Shown here one piece after another: positions 23,171-39,974 of a DNA stretch of 64,000 nucleotides. Position 1 is the stretch's first letter. Each line of letters begins with the position of its first letter. Both the position numbers and the translations under genes were made by a program. The notes beneath the pieces were generated by a model. It saw only the letters and a list, made by a program, of their open reading frames with translations. It had not been told where the DNA came from and did no database searches. The stretch is from Octopus sinensis (taxonomy: Eukaryota). Location: the NCBI RefSeq assembly GCF_006345805.1, contig NC_042998.1:159712001-159776000 (forward strand), written 5' to 3'.

Positions 23171-24904
23171 AGATTATTATTATTGTTGTTACTATTATCT
23201 GTTTTTGACTGTTTCATGCAAAATTCTATTATACTATCAGGTGTACTTTGTGTTCCAGAGGCATGTACAAGCTTGACTTTTGAAGTTGTGATATGGTGTT
23301 TTGCTTTGTTTTGAGGTTTATTTTATTGTATCTCATGTTCCTTTTGTTCACTGTGTAGAATACAATTTCTACTGTAACCAAAAGGCCTCAAATCTCCTTG
23401 CCACTTAATTATTTCTAGTTAGACTTTTAATGTTTGGTACATTGAAAATATTAACTTTAATTCAACTATCTATCATCGTTCTTGTTTGGGTAATTCCTCA
23501 AAGAATCAATGAAGTACATTATTCAATTATTCAAATTTCAAGGCTCTCTCTCTCTCTCTCTCTCACTCGTTCCCTCTCTCTCACTTACTCCCCTCTCTCC
23601 CTCTTCCCCTTTTCTCTCTCTATCTATCTATTTGTTTTATATATATATATATATATATATCAATCTTTTGCTCTCATTCTGTGCTCTTCTCTTTTGACGG
23701 TTGACCACAAGCATAACATTTCTCTTGGATGTTATGTGGGAATTCTCCATTCCACATTCTCATACATCATCATCACCAGCTCAAGACTAGGTCAATGTCA
23801 AGGGCTTCCAGGCTTTCTCATCTGAATTTGAATCAGTCTGGCATCGTTGACTTTGGCACAGATGAATGAATGAATGAAAGCTCTTTCCTTGGAAACTATG
23901 TATTTGACTAAGAGCACAAGTAAATTGATAAATGAAGATAATTAATATAAATAAATTTTCTCAATGCATTAAAAATGTATTTCACTCTTTCCTCCTTTTC
24001 TTGTTCTTCTCTACTACTGCTCTTTGCCCTTCTTCTCTTCCATATTTTCTTTTCTCTCTGGTGTTCCTCACACATACCCTTCTGTTCTGTTTTCCTTCTC
24101 TTCTTCCAAGTATCACTCCAATTCCTCCTCCTTCTAAAACTTCCATTCACCAATATCATTCACCATTCATCAACATCATCATCAACCTATTCTGTCTCTT
24201 TGTGTTTCTCCCTCTACTCCTCCCTTCTCTCCTGTTTCACGACTTCTTGCTCTTCCTCTTCGTACTACACTTGCTCTTCATTTTCTATGTCTTATCAATA
24301 TCATTTTCCCTTCTTGTTCTAGCCTTTCTTCCTCATCTTCTTTCCCTCCTATCTCTCTATTCTACTTTCCACAATGCAGCTTCTTCTCCTCTTCTCCTCC
24401 TACTTCTTCTCCTCTCCTCCTCCAACTTCTCCTCATCTACTTCTCACCCTTTTCTCTAACATTCTTCTCCATTTCTGTTCCATTCTAGACTTTACTCTAT
24501 TTTCTTCCTTACTTCTCTCCTTTTACTTTTACTCTAACATTCCCTTTCACCTCCTTTCTTCCACCTTCTTCTCTTCCTCTCTTCCTTCTATGTGTTTCTA
24601 ACAATATTATGATTTCACGTCTGGGAATTGTCCACACTTCAAGTAATTCTGTTTTGTTTCTCCGAATCCATTTCCTTGCCACTTGTCCCTATGGAATCTG
24701 TGTTGCTTGTAACAACATGTTCATTTGTCATCTCCACCATATATTGTAAAATCATCATCCATCAATCAACAAGGGAACCTCAACAAATTCACTCAGCCTG
24801 CTAGAAAGAGTGACCAAATTTCCATTAGATACTCTTGTAATGGATGTGTTGAATAATGTAGAGCAAGATACATTATCTTCATTGTTCACCATCGTTTTCC
24901 AATG

Positions 24905-26470
24905 TCCATATTCACACAATGTCAAAGAGACAGTAACAAATAAACTTCTGTACTTGGCTTTTGTTGACTAGGAGAAAGCCTTTGACAGGGTCCCTGCTCC
25001 CTCAATTGGTGGTCAATGCAGAAGCTAGGTATTGATGAGTGATTGGTGAGAGCAGTACAAACCATGTACAGGGATGTTATCAGTAAGGTGAAATCGGCAA
25101 TGAGATAGCAATGAATTTAGTGTACAAGTAATTCACCAAGGGTCAGTTTTCTATCCCTTTTCATTTATCATAATCTCCTGGGCCATAACAGAGGAATTTA
25201 AAACAGGCTACCTTTGGGAGCTCCTCTTTGCTGATGACCTTGTTCTTATTGCTGAAACACTACCAGAACTAGAGAAGAAATTTCAGGTGTGGAAGCAAGG
25301 TTTGGAATCAATGGGCCTTAGAATGAATTTAGCAAAGACTGAAGTCTTAGTAAGTTGGAAAACAGACAAATGACAAGTCCCTTTAGAGAGATAGCCCTCT
25401 TCAATACATAGAAAATGTGTGGGTAGAAATTTCACAATGTGTACCCAGTGCAAGCTATAAGCACATAAGAGGTGCAGCAATATCACAGGAAGGTTAAGAG
25501 AGAAAGTAATCTTTGTGTGTGACAGATGTGAATGTATCATAAACACTAAGAATAAACAGAGAATAGACTTCCCCAAATTCCTGGAGGGATCCATATATGT
25601 AGTAGATAGCTTCTATTAGCTAGTCTAACAAGTTTGCATTGGAGGAGGAAGTTCTGAAAGTGTAGTTACGAGAATAAGAACGGGCTGGGCAAAGTTCAGA
25701 GAGCTTCTACCTTTGTTGGTAACAAAGAGCCTCTCCTTCAGACTGAAAAGCATATTATATGATACCTGTGTACATACAGCTATGTTGTATGGCAGTGAAA
25801 CATGGATTGTGACTGCCAAGGGTGTGTGCAAGCTTGAAAGAAATGAAGCCAGCATACTCCACTGGATGGGTAATGTCAGTGTGCATATACGACAGTGTGT
25901 AAATGATTTAAGAGAAAAACTGGGTATGAGAGGCCTCAGATGTTGTGGGCAAGAGAGAAAACTGTGCTTGTATGGTCATGTGATGTGTATGGATGAGGAC
26001 AGCTGCATAAAGAAGAGTCAATATCTAATTGCGAAGGGAACCTGTGGAAGGAGTAGATGCAAGAAGATGTAGGATGAGGTGGTGAGAAAGGATTTCCAGA
26101 ATTGGGCTTCACTGAGGAAATGACAAGAGACCAAGACTTATGGTGATTTGCTGTGCTTGAGAAGACACATCATGCTAAATAAAATTATGACTATTCATGC
26201 ATACAGGAAAGTCCTTTACAGCCCATGCTGGTACCACGCAAAATGCATTTGTGCCGACACAATGTAAAAGCACCTATGCTTTTACACCCAAGAAGCACCC
26301 AAGACACTCTGTAAGGTGATTGGCATCAGGAGGAGCATCTAACTGTAGAAAACATGCCAAACAGACAAATGAAGCCTGAGCAGTTCTCTGGCTGGCTTGC
26401 TCCTGTCAAACCATCCAATCTATACTAGCATGGAAAACAGACATTAAATGATGATCATGATGATGATGAT
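24905..26470 (+). mobile_element. Degenerate RTE LINE 3' half (RT, PHD remnant, 3' UTR, (TGA)n tail)
   Basis: LYLAFVD*EKAFDRVP, WELLFADDL, and TAMLYGSETW match the 55-57 kb RTE; many stops. Confidence 0.9.
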
Positions 26471-26896
26471 ATATCCTCAATAATACTCTCCCTCACAGTT
26501 GAGAGATTTTTGTCTTGCAAGGTACATGGTGACCCTGTCAGTACTGGTGCTACATAAAAGTACCAAGTACACTCTGTAAGGTGGTTGGCATTAGGAAGGG
26601 CATACAGCTGTACAAACCAAATCAAAACAGACAATGGAGTCTGCTACAGTTCCAGCCTTGCAAGCTCCTGTCAAACCGTTCGACCCATGCCAGCACGGAA
26701 AATAAATTCTAAATGATGATAATATACATGACAGTCTCCTTTCTGTTTATATCTACCAAATTCTTCACAAGGCTTTGGTAAACCTAGGGCTTTGTCAGTA
26801 CATAGTGAAGAGTGGCCATTGCAGGAATTCTTTCAGTCAGGCTCCTCTGTCTTTAACAAACTGACCTTGGGCTAAACAACAACACTGATCCCATGC

Positions 26897-26928
<32 letters not shown>

Positions 26929-27329
26929 AGAGGAAAATTAGTGATTGTCATAGTAATTTGTATCTGCATTCTGTGGTCTGATTCAGTATTTTGGTAAAAT
27001 GCTCTTAGCATTCATAAAAATGAAGATAAAAGGAAACCTCTTGAAATGTCTACAGGGGACAAAGTGGATTATATTATAATTTGGGGTGTTTGCGTGAAAC
27101 AAATCAAATAAGACACTTGTTGTGGCTCTGGGCAGATCAAAGAAGTCAAATGAAGATGTTGTGAGATACACTCTAAGAACATTTGTCCCCCACCCCCACC
27201 TGTACAAATATGATTGTGCAATAGGGAAAAATATGATTATCTACCAGCCAAAACTACACTGCAGACCTATTCTTTCTACACTCACATGAAATGGGAAACA
27301 AAATATAAGTATTGAAACAGTCGGTTGTG

Positions 27330-27355
27330 AAGAAGAAGAAGATGAAGAAGAAGAA

Positions 27356-27432
<77 letters not shown>

Positions 27433-28110
27433 CTTGCAGGTGTAGGGGGAGAGAGAAATAGTTGCTATGGTGGTGATGGTGGTGGTGGTTGCAGTGGCAT
27501 AGACGACAGCAGCGGTGAAAGTGGAGGTAGCAGCAGTAGTGGCGTCAGCAGCAGTGGTGACAGAGGTGGCAGCAGAGGGAGTAGACCTAGAACAGCTACG
27601 GCAGTGCCACTGGCAACAACGGTTGCAACAGTAGCAGTGCTGAAAATAGTGATAGCAGCTGCAGCAGCAGCAGCCGAGACAGTGGCAACAGCGGAGAAAG
27701 CAGTGGCAGCAGTGGCAGCAACGACAGCAGCAATGGCAGTAGTAACAGCAAGAAGAAGAAGAAGAAGAAGAAGAAGAAGAAGAAGAAGAGGGAAGGAGGA
27801 GAAAGGAGAGAGAAGAAAGAAGATGGAAGAAGGGGAAAAGAGAAAAGAGGAGAAGATAGGATAGAAGGGGTGAGGAGAAAAAATGGTGGTGGTGGTGGTG
27901 GTGGTGGTAGTGGTGGTAGTAGTAGTAGTAGTAGTAGTATAGTAGTAGTAGTAGTAGTTAGGAGGAGGAAGTTAATTATGAAGATAGTGCAGGGATAATG
28001 AGAGCAAGGGTAGTGATAATGATGATAATGATTGTTGTGGTGGTGGTGGTGGTGGTGGTACTGCTGCTGCTGCTGATGATGATGGTGATGGTGGTGATGA
28101 TGGTAATGAA
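27330..28110. repeat. Long compound trinucleotide SSR/low-complexity block (GAA, GTA, GCA, GTG, GAT)
   Basis: Direct reading. Confidence 0.9.
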
Positions 28111-28349
28111 TTTGGGAAGACATTTCCTTCACTTTATGATACTGTTTGATGTAACTACCTGATTATTTTTTCATTGCTGTCTTGGTCTTCATCCTCTTTC
28201 CTTCTCTTCACCATCATCACCATCAATCATAGCTAATTGCTTAAAAAACTACCTGTCTGGTGTAAGTCTGCTCAACCAAAGTGACCTGGGGCTATGCAAT
28301 AACAACTCTCACATCATCTCTAGCTCTAGCTCTTTCTAATTTTTGCTTC

Positions 28350-28690
28350 TCATCCACTTTATCATCATCATCATTCTTCTTCTTCTTCTTTTTCTTCTTC
28401 TTCTTCTCCTCATTCTTCTTCTTCTCCTCCTCCTCCTCCTCCTCTAGTTGAATCATCCTTGCCATATCCATCAACACCATCATCACCATTGCAACCATGA
28501 TTTCAACAACTGACAATAAATTCAACTTTATTTCTTCCTGCTTTCGAACAAACTCCGTTACTTTCTTCTTCTTCTTCTTCTTCTTCTTCTTCTTCTTCTT
28601 CTCCTCCTCCTCCTCCTCCTCCTCCTCCTCCTTCTTCTTCTTCTTCTTCTTGCTCTTCTACTTTCTTTCTCTCTCTCTTTCTTTCACCCC
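28350..28690. repeat. (TTC)n/(TCC)n microsatellites
   Basis: Direct reading. Confidence 0.9.
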
Positions 28691-29394
28691 TCTCTATTTA
28701 ATCCATTAAGAAAGACAAACATTTTTATTTTTCAGTTATCTCATCCATAAACAGGATTTTAACATAATCTTCTTAAGCGCCACACACACACACACACACA
28801 CATACACTCTCTCTCCCCTTTTCTCTCTTCCCTCACCCCCCTCTCTCTCTCTCTCTCATCTATCTTCTTGTTATAAGATTCCCCTCCCCCACCTCACTTT
28901 TACTTAAGGTGTAATAAACCAGGATAACATCAATATCATATGAGCCTGTGTCTCTTTTCAAAGAGCCATCAGTCAGTGTGATATTGTTATTTGTAGTAGT
29001 ACTGCTGCTGCTGTTTAGCCCTGGGTCAACCCTGATCAAACAAATATATGACGAAAACTTTCCATCCATGACTGTAACCAATGTATCCTTCCTTTTCAAA
29101 GATGATAAAGTGTGATTCGAAGGGCATTTGAATGTCATGTCACATTGAGCAGCCACATAAAGGCTATCTTGATTAACAAAATATGATATTGGTTGTAAAA
29201 GACTGATAGAAAATATGATCATCCCCAGGATTTGATTGATTTACCTATTTTATTGATTCCTGAAGGGTAAAAGACAAAGTCAGACTTAGTGTTATTCAAA
29301 ATCTGACATGTTCCTTTATGTCGTCTAGAGTTTTGAATCCTACCAAGATTCTATTTGTCTTTCATCCTTCTGGCAATTGATAACGATTAGCTGT

Positions 29395-29785
29395 AGGAGT
29401 GGCAGTGTGGTAAGTAGCTTGCTTACCAACCACATGGTTCCAGGTTCAGTCCCACTGCTTGGTACCTTAAGCAATTTCTTCTACTATAGCCTAGGGCCAA
29501 CCAAAGCCTTGTGGGTGGATTTGGTTGATGGAAACTGAAAGAAGCCTGTCGTATATATGTATATATATATGTGTGTGTTTGTTTGTGTGTCTGTGTTTGT
29601 CCTCTCCAACATCACTTGACAACCGATGCTGGTGTGTTTGCATCCCCGCAACTTAGCAGTTCGGCAAAAGAGACTGATAGAATAAGTACTAGGCTTACAA
29701 AGAATAAGTCCTGGGGTAGATTTGCTTGACTAAAAGGCGGTGCTCCAGCATAGCCACAGTCAAAGGACTGAAACAAGTAAAAGAG
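29395..29785 (+). repeat. Full-length tRNA-headed SINE with internal (TA)/(TG) microsatellite
   Basis: A-box-like tggcagtgtggt, B-box-like ggttcagtcc, internal SSR, and the shared 3' tail ending gaaacaagtaaaagag. Confidence 0.8.
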
Positions 29786-29959
29786 AGTCAAATATTTGGA
29801 TTTATCAACTGTTTCTTCCCTCAAAATGTGTGGATTTGTGTTTAAGAAGCAGGTAATGTAGATAAGTGGCAGAAATTGAATTTAGGGACGGTTTTCTTTA
29901 TGGGCTAAGTTGTATTGGAAGGATCTGTATTGATGACCTTCAAGTTTCTCAGAGACAGG

Positions 29960-30400
29960 TGAAATTGATGTGGTTGATATTCAGTTGAATCTGACACCTG
30001 TGAAAGAAATGTGATTGGGGTGGTAATTTCTAAGGGTTAACATTCCAAGGAGGTAAAATGTTTTGTGGGGAGCCTGAAAATAGAAAACAAAGAATGGATG
30101 ATAATAGAAATAGGTAGACTTAGGTTCTGGTGGCAGGCAATTATCTAGCTGTAAGAAGAAACCATCATAGTAATGATATAGGCAGCAGAGTAAAGAGACA
30201 GCATCTCTGTGAGCCAGGATTTGGAGGACACTGGAATGCAAATTAATGTCAATTAACTCAATATTTTCTTTTAGTCAGAATCTTAATTTATTTACATGTA
30301 GAAGCAGTACTATTCCAAATGTAGGGACAATATTCTGCTGTAATGTCTCGACAGTTTTTCGAGGATAAAATATATTCTTGATCTGAAGGTAAGGCTAGTT
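29960..30400 (-). mobile_element. Old CR1/L2/Jockey-group RT C-terminal fragment
   Basis: EYCPYIW and LQILAHRDAVSLLCCLYHYY resemble the EYCxHIW...LxxLxHRRxVxSL..FY motif. Confidence 0.5.
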
Positions 30401-30869
30401 TTTGTTATGTTATGGATGTGAGATAGATGGTCAAGAAAGATCATCAGAAATTGTAAGCCTTAATATTTATAGACTTAAAGGATTCTTCCCTCTTTTTCTC
30501 CCACTAAAATAATACACTCACGTTCTGCAGAAATATCGTGCAGATTTAAATATTAGTTCAAAACTTACAGTTCTAATTCAACTGATCAGAAATCAGATAA
30601 AAGAAATTATTATTTGAAAATTTCCAAACATGGAAACTGAACCAAAACTCAAGAGATTTACAGATTACAAAGCTAAAACTCTATTGTCAGCTGGAAAGTG
30701 GCTAAGCCTGATATGTAGAAGAGTTGTTTAATGAAATTCTAAGTTGTGTATGCAATATAAACTATGGACACTCAAATGATGATCTGAGATCACAGCCAAG
30801 TTGATAGATAAGAGGGACTTTGTATAGGAATAGTTAGAGGTAAGAACACCTTTCAAAAACTTTCAATTG

Positions 30870-31330
30870 CCTGGAAAATTCCCTAGAATCAGTTGATTGT
30901 TTCTGCTATCTATGTGATTTAACTAATAGTGGAGGCAAGTAGATTGGGAACATAGTAGCCAAAATTAAAACAAGTTAAGAAAAGTTCAAGGTGTCATTAC
31001 CACTGCTGGCAACAAAAAGATATTTGTTTCTTTAAGTTAAAGGCAGCTTGTATAGTGCTTGGGTATGGTACAATATTGTATAAGAGCAAAGTATGGGTGG
31101 AGATGTTTGAAGGCAAAAAAGAAATGAGGTGAATAACAGAAAAGTGGCTGGGAGAGAGAAGAGGGAGTCAGTCCACCTATGTTGATGCTTGAATGGGGAT
31201 GGTATTTGGGGATCTGCTATTATAAGCCTGGGTATAAGCTTGATCCCAAATTCATGGTCTTGCGCCAATATTACAAGTCAATTTTGTTAGATAGTGCATC
31301 TGGTTTGAAATATATTTTCAAGAGGAACTT
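30870..31330 (+). mobile_element. Highly decayed RTE RT fragment
   Basis: LESVDCFCYLCDLTNSGG and ...LPLLATK match LEVVDSFRYLGDQVSSGG...LPLLATK. Confidence 0.6.
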
Positions 31331-31439
31331 GGTTACATGACCAATGTTGAAGTTAGCTACATCTGTTTAAATAATATCACATCTCAAATATCCAACTAGA
31401 ATAACATCATAAAATAAAAAAGAAACTATCAATAGTTGT

Positions 31440-33730
<2,291 letters not shown>

Positions 33731-34373
33731 TATATGTTTATTTAAGAAAAACCATGAATAAAACTGGAGTAGTATCTACTATATTGTTTGTATTTGTCAA
33801 GGCTACTGTACTGAAATGACATGTATATGTGTAAGTTATTGAATAATTAACTTCACACAATTGGCAAATGTCATTAGTGATATCCTGCTTCTCACAGCTA
33901 TTTCAAATATTGTCTAATCAAGTAATATTACTAGATCAACTAGTGTGTTTCCATATTAACTAGACTAGATAAATAAGTTTATCTGTTATGGAATTGCTTT
34001 ATATGTGTGGAAGTTAGTTAGTGCTACATTAAAGAGCTTATAAATTGCCATACTAATTTTATGTCAGATAAAAACAAAAATTCAAGAGCAGAAAAGGACT
34101 CCTAAAATACACTTGAACATATATATATATACATGCTTACATGCTGGCTGTTAATTTTGAATAATGCCTTCACCTGATTGTTCTTTTGGACATGAACTGC
34201 ACAGACGGGGATTTTCAGTCCTGTTAGGTACTTACACTCTTTTGCACAGATGTGGCAAGGATGAGTCCTCTTTCAGCAGAGTTAAAGACAGCTTACTACA
34301 CACACTGACATACGCCTTCATTCCAAGACTGGCTATCCATGGGAACTCTCATATGCTGTTGACCTAGTTCTCA

Positions 34374-34635
34374 AAGAAGCCTGTCGTATATATGTATATA
34401 TATGTGTGTGTGTGTGTGTGTGTATGTTTGTGTGTCTGTGTTTGTCCCCCTAGCATTGCTTGGTAACCGATGCTGGTGTGTTTATGTCCCCGTCACTTAG
34501 CGGTGTGGCAAAAGAGACTGATAGAATAAGTACTGGGCTACAAAGAATAAGTCCCAGGGTCGATTTGCTCAACTAAAGGTGGTGCTCCAGCATGGCCGCA
34601 GTCAAATGACTGAAACAAGTAAAAGAGTAAAGAGT
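34374..34635 (+). repeat. SINE 3' part
   Basis: Matches 29540-29785. Confidence 0.8.
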
Positions 34636-34977
34636 AAGGTCTATACACATTCCTTAAATCGTAGTCTTGATTTCCATTGGGAAAGCTTACCACAGACATA
34701 CATATATTGATATATATATTTATATATAAAACATAAATGGATTTTGCCAATGAGGATTCAGTTGACCAATCAGCTGAACTATCCACTCATTGAATTAGCA
34801 TGAAAATGGCCGGGTATCTCACAGTCAAGTGTACCATTAATGTAACTCTTAGGCAGGTGAAACAGTATGTGACAAGGCTAGAGCTTTTGAATTACAGGTG
34901 AAATCTACCCAAAAGGCTTTCATATGGCTTCTGTTCACACATTTCACTGACAAGGCTTGAACTGACCTGAGAGTATG

Positions 34978-35390
34978 TCATCATCATCATCCTTTAGCAT
35001 CCGTTTTTCATGCTGGCATGGGCTAGATGGCCTGACAGGAGCTGGCAAGCTGGAGAGCTGCACCAAGTTCTAGTCTGATTTGGCTTGGGTTCTACAACTG
35101 GATGCCCTTCTTAACGCCAACTGCTTTACAGCATGTACTGGGTGCTTTTAATGTGGCACCACATGTGCACTTTCACTTGATACTAGCACAAGTGATTCTT
35201 ATGTGACACCGGCATATGACTCTTGCAATTCAATCCACTTCACCAAGTGAAGTGGCCTTAACACTTCTGCTGTGAAGGACAGATCTTCTTGAGTACAGCA
35301 AGGTGCCAGATATTTCGGTCCTTTGTGAGCTCATCTGAGAGGTTCAGAATCTGGAGATCTTGCCTAAGGTGCTAGATTCTATGCAGAGAG
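34978..35390 (-). mobile_element. RTE 3' UTR/ORF-end fragment
   Basis: (CAT)n tail followed by ...catgctggcatggg...ggatgcccttc..., shared with other RTE ends. Confidence 0.75.
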
Positions 35391-36757
35391 AACAAACCAG
35401 AAGACTTGATGACTGCAAAACAAACTTCTTAACCATTTGACCATACATTCATATAAACATATATATACACCTTATCACCATGACCTCTATCTCTCCAGCT
35501 ACTCCCACCCAATGATGTAGAGTAGCACTCACCCTTACATGATGCAGAGTAGCTCTGTATCACCTCTACAGCAAGACACCTATTCCAGTCCCTCTATCAT
35601 ACTTTAGCCTCTCAACACCTGACACAAAGTTGATCCTCTCTCTCTTACATATCCACACAGTCGAGGGGGCTTTTCTTTAACTTGCAAGTTACTTGGTGAT
35701 TTCACAAGGGCTTGTGACTCCTGAGGTCACCATCTACCCATAGAAATCCTGTCAAAGCAGACACTGGAGTTTGACAGAGAGCAGTAAATGATGACGACGT
35801 TGACAACAACAACGATGCTCATGATGGTGGTGGTGATGATATTTGGTATTTTGTCCAATACACTAACAACATAGATTTTTATACACGTTATCTAATTTGC
35901 CTTTCCATTTTTTAAAATATCAAAGGTTTAGTTTGAGGGAGATTTGACAGCTATTTCAAGTGATTTCCTTACTGGCTCGTGCATAACAGACATGAAGAAG
36001 CATAATTGTGAAACTTGGGCAGTAATCTTAAATAACAGCTGTGACAGTGGTGACAAGGTTGTGTAGTAGTGATGGAAGTTCTGTAATAGCAATGTTGGTG
36101 GCTGTGACAATAGAGGTGGAGTGATGTGGTGTCAATGGTGGTGGAGGTTATAATGGTGTTAATAGTAATGGTTATAAGAATAATGATAGTCATGACAACA
36201 GTTGATTTACAAAGGAAATTTTGATATTTCCTATAATTTATCTGATATGTGTCAACTAACTTTGATCTGATATTTCCAGAGTAAAAGAGGAAAAAGATTA
36301 TTATTATTATTATCACTATCATTCTCACTCTTCTTTACCTTCTTCTTCTTCTTCTTCTTCTTCTTCTTCTTCTTCTTCTTCTTCTTCTTCTTCTTCTTCT
36401 TCTTCTTCTTCTTCTTCTTCTTCTTCTTCTTCTTCGTCTTCTTTTTCACCAAACTTTTAACTACATTTTCCTCTTCTCATACATTCTCATATATATATAA
36501 TCTTTTATTCTTTGATTGGCTTCAGTCAGTGAGGAACGGTCATGCTGGGGCATATCCTTCAAGAGTTTAACTGATCATATCAACCTCAGTTCTTATTTCA
36601 ATCCAGTAGTTATTTTATCGATTTCTATTTGCCAAACTACTAAGTTACAAAACATGAAAAGGAAACATAAACAATACCAGCTTTCAGACAGAAACATAAA
36701 CATAAATACAAATATACAGAAATACAGACACTAACACACACACACACATACATAAAT

Positions 36758-37620
36758 AGTAATAATTGGCACCCTGGAATATGTAACGTACTGCCTAAAT
36801 GCCAATCTTGAGAAATTAGGCTTCCCAAAACCAGAAAGGAGAAAGCTGATTTGAAGACTGCAGATCCAAGCCATCACTGGAACTGTAAAAATCTAACAGA
36901 TCTGTGTACAGCTGTGGAAATTTGCTGCCCAGCAGATGTTAGCATAAAGCTGAAGATCAGTGAAAAGAGAAATACCTATGCTGAACTATTGAGTTACTCT
37001 GCAGTTACTCTATCCAGATTACAAGCTCAGGTTTATACCTGTAATTATTGTGGCCCTGGGATATGTAACACACTGCCTATAAATACCAACCTTGAGAAAT
37101 TAGGCTTCTCAAAATCAGAAAGGGGAAAGCTGATTTGAAGACTACAGATCCAAGCCATCACTGGAACTGTAAAAATCTGTAAGACTTTCCAGAAGTTTAT
37201 CATTTAAATACATATGAGCATGTCTAGATATGCAACTATATGCATGAGAATATATACATAAAACAAAATATACAAATCTGCATATATACAAAAATACCCT
37301 ATTGTTGATGTTGAAATTCCAATGAAGGAGCCTTGGATCTAGGTTAGAAACCAGCTCTTTCTCTATTGGCAAGAAATCTTGAAATAAAACTGAATAATGA
37401 TATACATATATACATGCCTGCCTGCCTGCATGCATACATACATACATACATACATACATACATACATACATACATACATACATACATACATACATACATA
37501 CACTGTTGATGTTGATGAAATTTCAAGGAAGAAGCCTTGGATCTTGGTTAGAAACCAGCTCTTTCTCTATTAGTAAGAAATTTTGAAATAAAACTAAATA
37601 ATGACTTTCATACATACATA
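36758..37620 (+). mobile_element. Cluster of 3' fragments of an RLE-type (R2/R4-like) LINE ending in (TACA)n
   Basis: CPADVSIKLKISEK..TYAELL...FIPVII.ALGYVTHCL..NLEKLGF...LQIQAITGTVKICKTFQKFII*; two UTR copies, each followed by (CATA)n. Confidence 0.7.
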
Positions 37621-37655
37621 CATACATACATACATACATACATACATACATACAT

Positions 37656-37708
<53 letters not shown>

Positions 37709-39762
37709 CATAAATACATTCATACACATGCATTCACGTGCATACGCACATGCACACACTCACATACACACACATTCACACATATACATACTTACATACA
37801 TTATCATTAACTGTCCATTTTCCCATGCTTGCATGGGACAAACAGAATTTATAGAGGCAGGTTTTCTACAGATAGATGTCTTTCATGTCAACAATCATAG
37901 TCTGTTTCCAAGCAAGGTAATATTTTCCCATTGCCAGATATGTTTATCATGGGAGACTGAAAATAAACATAATTCATATGATGATGATGATGCTCATTTA
38001 TAACCATTATATGTTGTCTAGAAAAATGTACACAAACATATGACAAGCTTTTTTCAGTTTCTGTGAACCAAACTCATTCACAATACTTTTGTTGGCCCAG
38101 GATTATAATAGAAGACACATGCCCAGGACACCACACAGTGGAACTGAACCCAAGACCACATGGTTAGGAAATAAGTTTCTTAATCATATAGATACGCCTG
38201 CACCTATGTATATGTATATGTGTGTAGATAGATAGATGGACAGACAGATAGATAGACAGATACACACAGTAACACACATATGATAACTATATGTATATAC
38301 GTATCCGTGTGTGCATGTGTGTGTGTCTGAGTGGTTGTGCATAAGTAGATAAAGAAATGGATAGATGGAGAGATGGAAAGATAGATAGACAGATACACAC
38401 ACATACGATAACTATTTGAATATGTAGATATCTGTGTGAGTGTGTATATGTGTATATATATATATTATACATGGGTGTACATATATAGATATATATATAC
38501 ATATATATATAATGACAGCCAGTAAGCCAAAACTTCAAAGTCTCTGTCAATATTTTCCCTCGTAAAATTTAATAAATATATATGCTACTAAAAATTATTG
38601 AGTGATCCTTCAGTTCAATGCCAAATTGTTTTATATATAGCTTCACATGGAATCAAACATTAATATGTGTATGTTTGAGCATGGTGTGCATCTGCGCATG
38701 TGTGTGTGTATACATACATGTATATACACATATCCATACATAACTATATATTTCAGTTAAAAACATTTTTCGATAAAAGGAATAGTACCACTATTTCTTT
38801 CTAAACTTCATGAGTTAGAGTGAAAGAGAGTGAGGGGGAGAGAGAGGGAGTATAGAAAATTGGTTTCTATATGAAAAACAGTAATAGTTTTTTTGTTTTT
38901 TTTTTAGTTCAAAATAATTAAGCAAATTAGAGGCCTATAATAATGAAAAATTATAATAAATTATATGAAAAATCTTGTCTCTATTGGGAATAATAAAATA
39001 TAGTTTGATGAAAACACATATTACTACTTCTTTTTGCTGGAGAATTCAGTTAATATTGATGGTGTTTGATAGATACACAGAAAGAGAGAAAAAAGAATCC
39101 GACATCTTAAGTAAAATGAAAGAAGAAAACCATTTAGAAATTTACATACTCATACATACATTTACATAAAAATGAATGTTCAAAGAAGTTGAATATTATA
39201 CTCATCACAGTCAGGAAAAAATTGGAATCACAAAGTAAAATATTAGAGAGTCAGATAAGGATAAGATTTGACATATTAGTGTTTTAATATATGCCTTTTC
39301 AGGTCTATATTTTATACCATTTTTCATAAATCATATAACCAAACATTTGGAGGCTTGTTTAACATAATTCATCCTGAAAACTATACAGCATAAAAATTTC
39401 TCGCTAAGTTAATATGCTAAACAAATCTACATTAAGAGAAACACAGCACAAGACATGTTGCTGATGATCTGAGCAAGTTTTCTGTTGACCTGTCAGCCTC
39501 CACATGCCAACATGGGAAAGGGACTGTCAAAATCAATGACAATATAAAAAGCATATTTCAGTAAAACTGACATGTGGATACGCAAAAATATCTCTGAAGG
39601 AGCTTTCTTTGCAATAACCTTTAGAAATATACTATTTCAGTTTGAAAATGAAAAATTTTTTAAGGATCTTCACCTTACCTCTTCTGGGAGAGGTATGAAT
39701 GTTATAAACTTCTTCACCTCCATGTCATAATAGCTAACAGACTTCATACTCATGTTATACAT

Positions 39763-39803
<41 letters not shown>

Positions 39804-39847
39804 AATACACATGCACACATATATATATATATATGTATACATACATA

Positions 39848-39900
<53 letters not shown>

Positions 39901-39974
39901 ATACATACACATGCACATATACATACATATACACACACACACACACACACACATACACACTTAGAGTTAACCTA

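Noticed and set aside
23932-24601. 175-aa hydrophobic Leu/Phe/Ser ORF suggesting a membrane protein
   Set aside because: CT-rich low-complexity DNA; no family motifs.
27596-28132. Poly-His/Gln/Pro ORF resembling a transcription-factor tract
   Set aside because: Compound trinucleotide SSR with no folded domain or splice support.
34230-34370. Strong minus-strand donor-like agt|gtaagt near a 67-aa plus ORF
   Set aside because: All three minus-strand frames hit stops within this stretch, no acceptor was identified, and no protein similarity was recognised.
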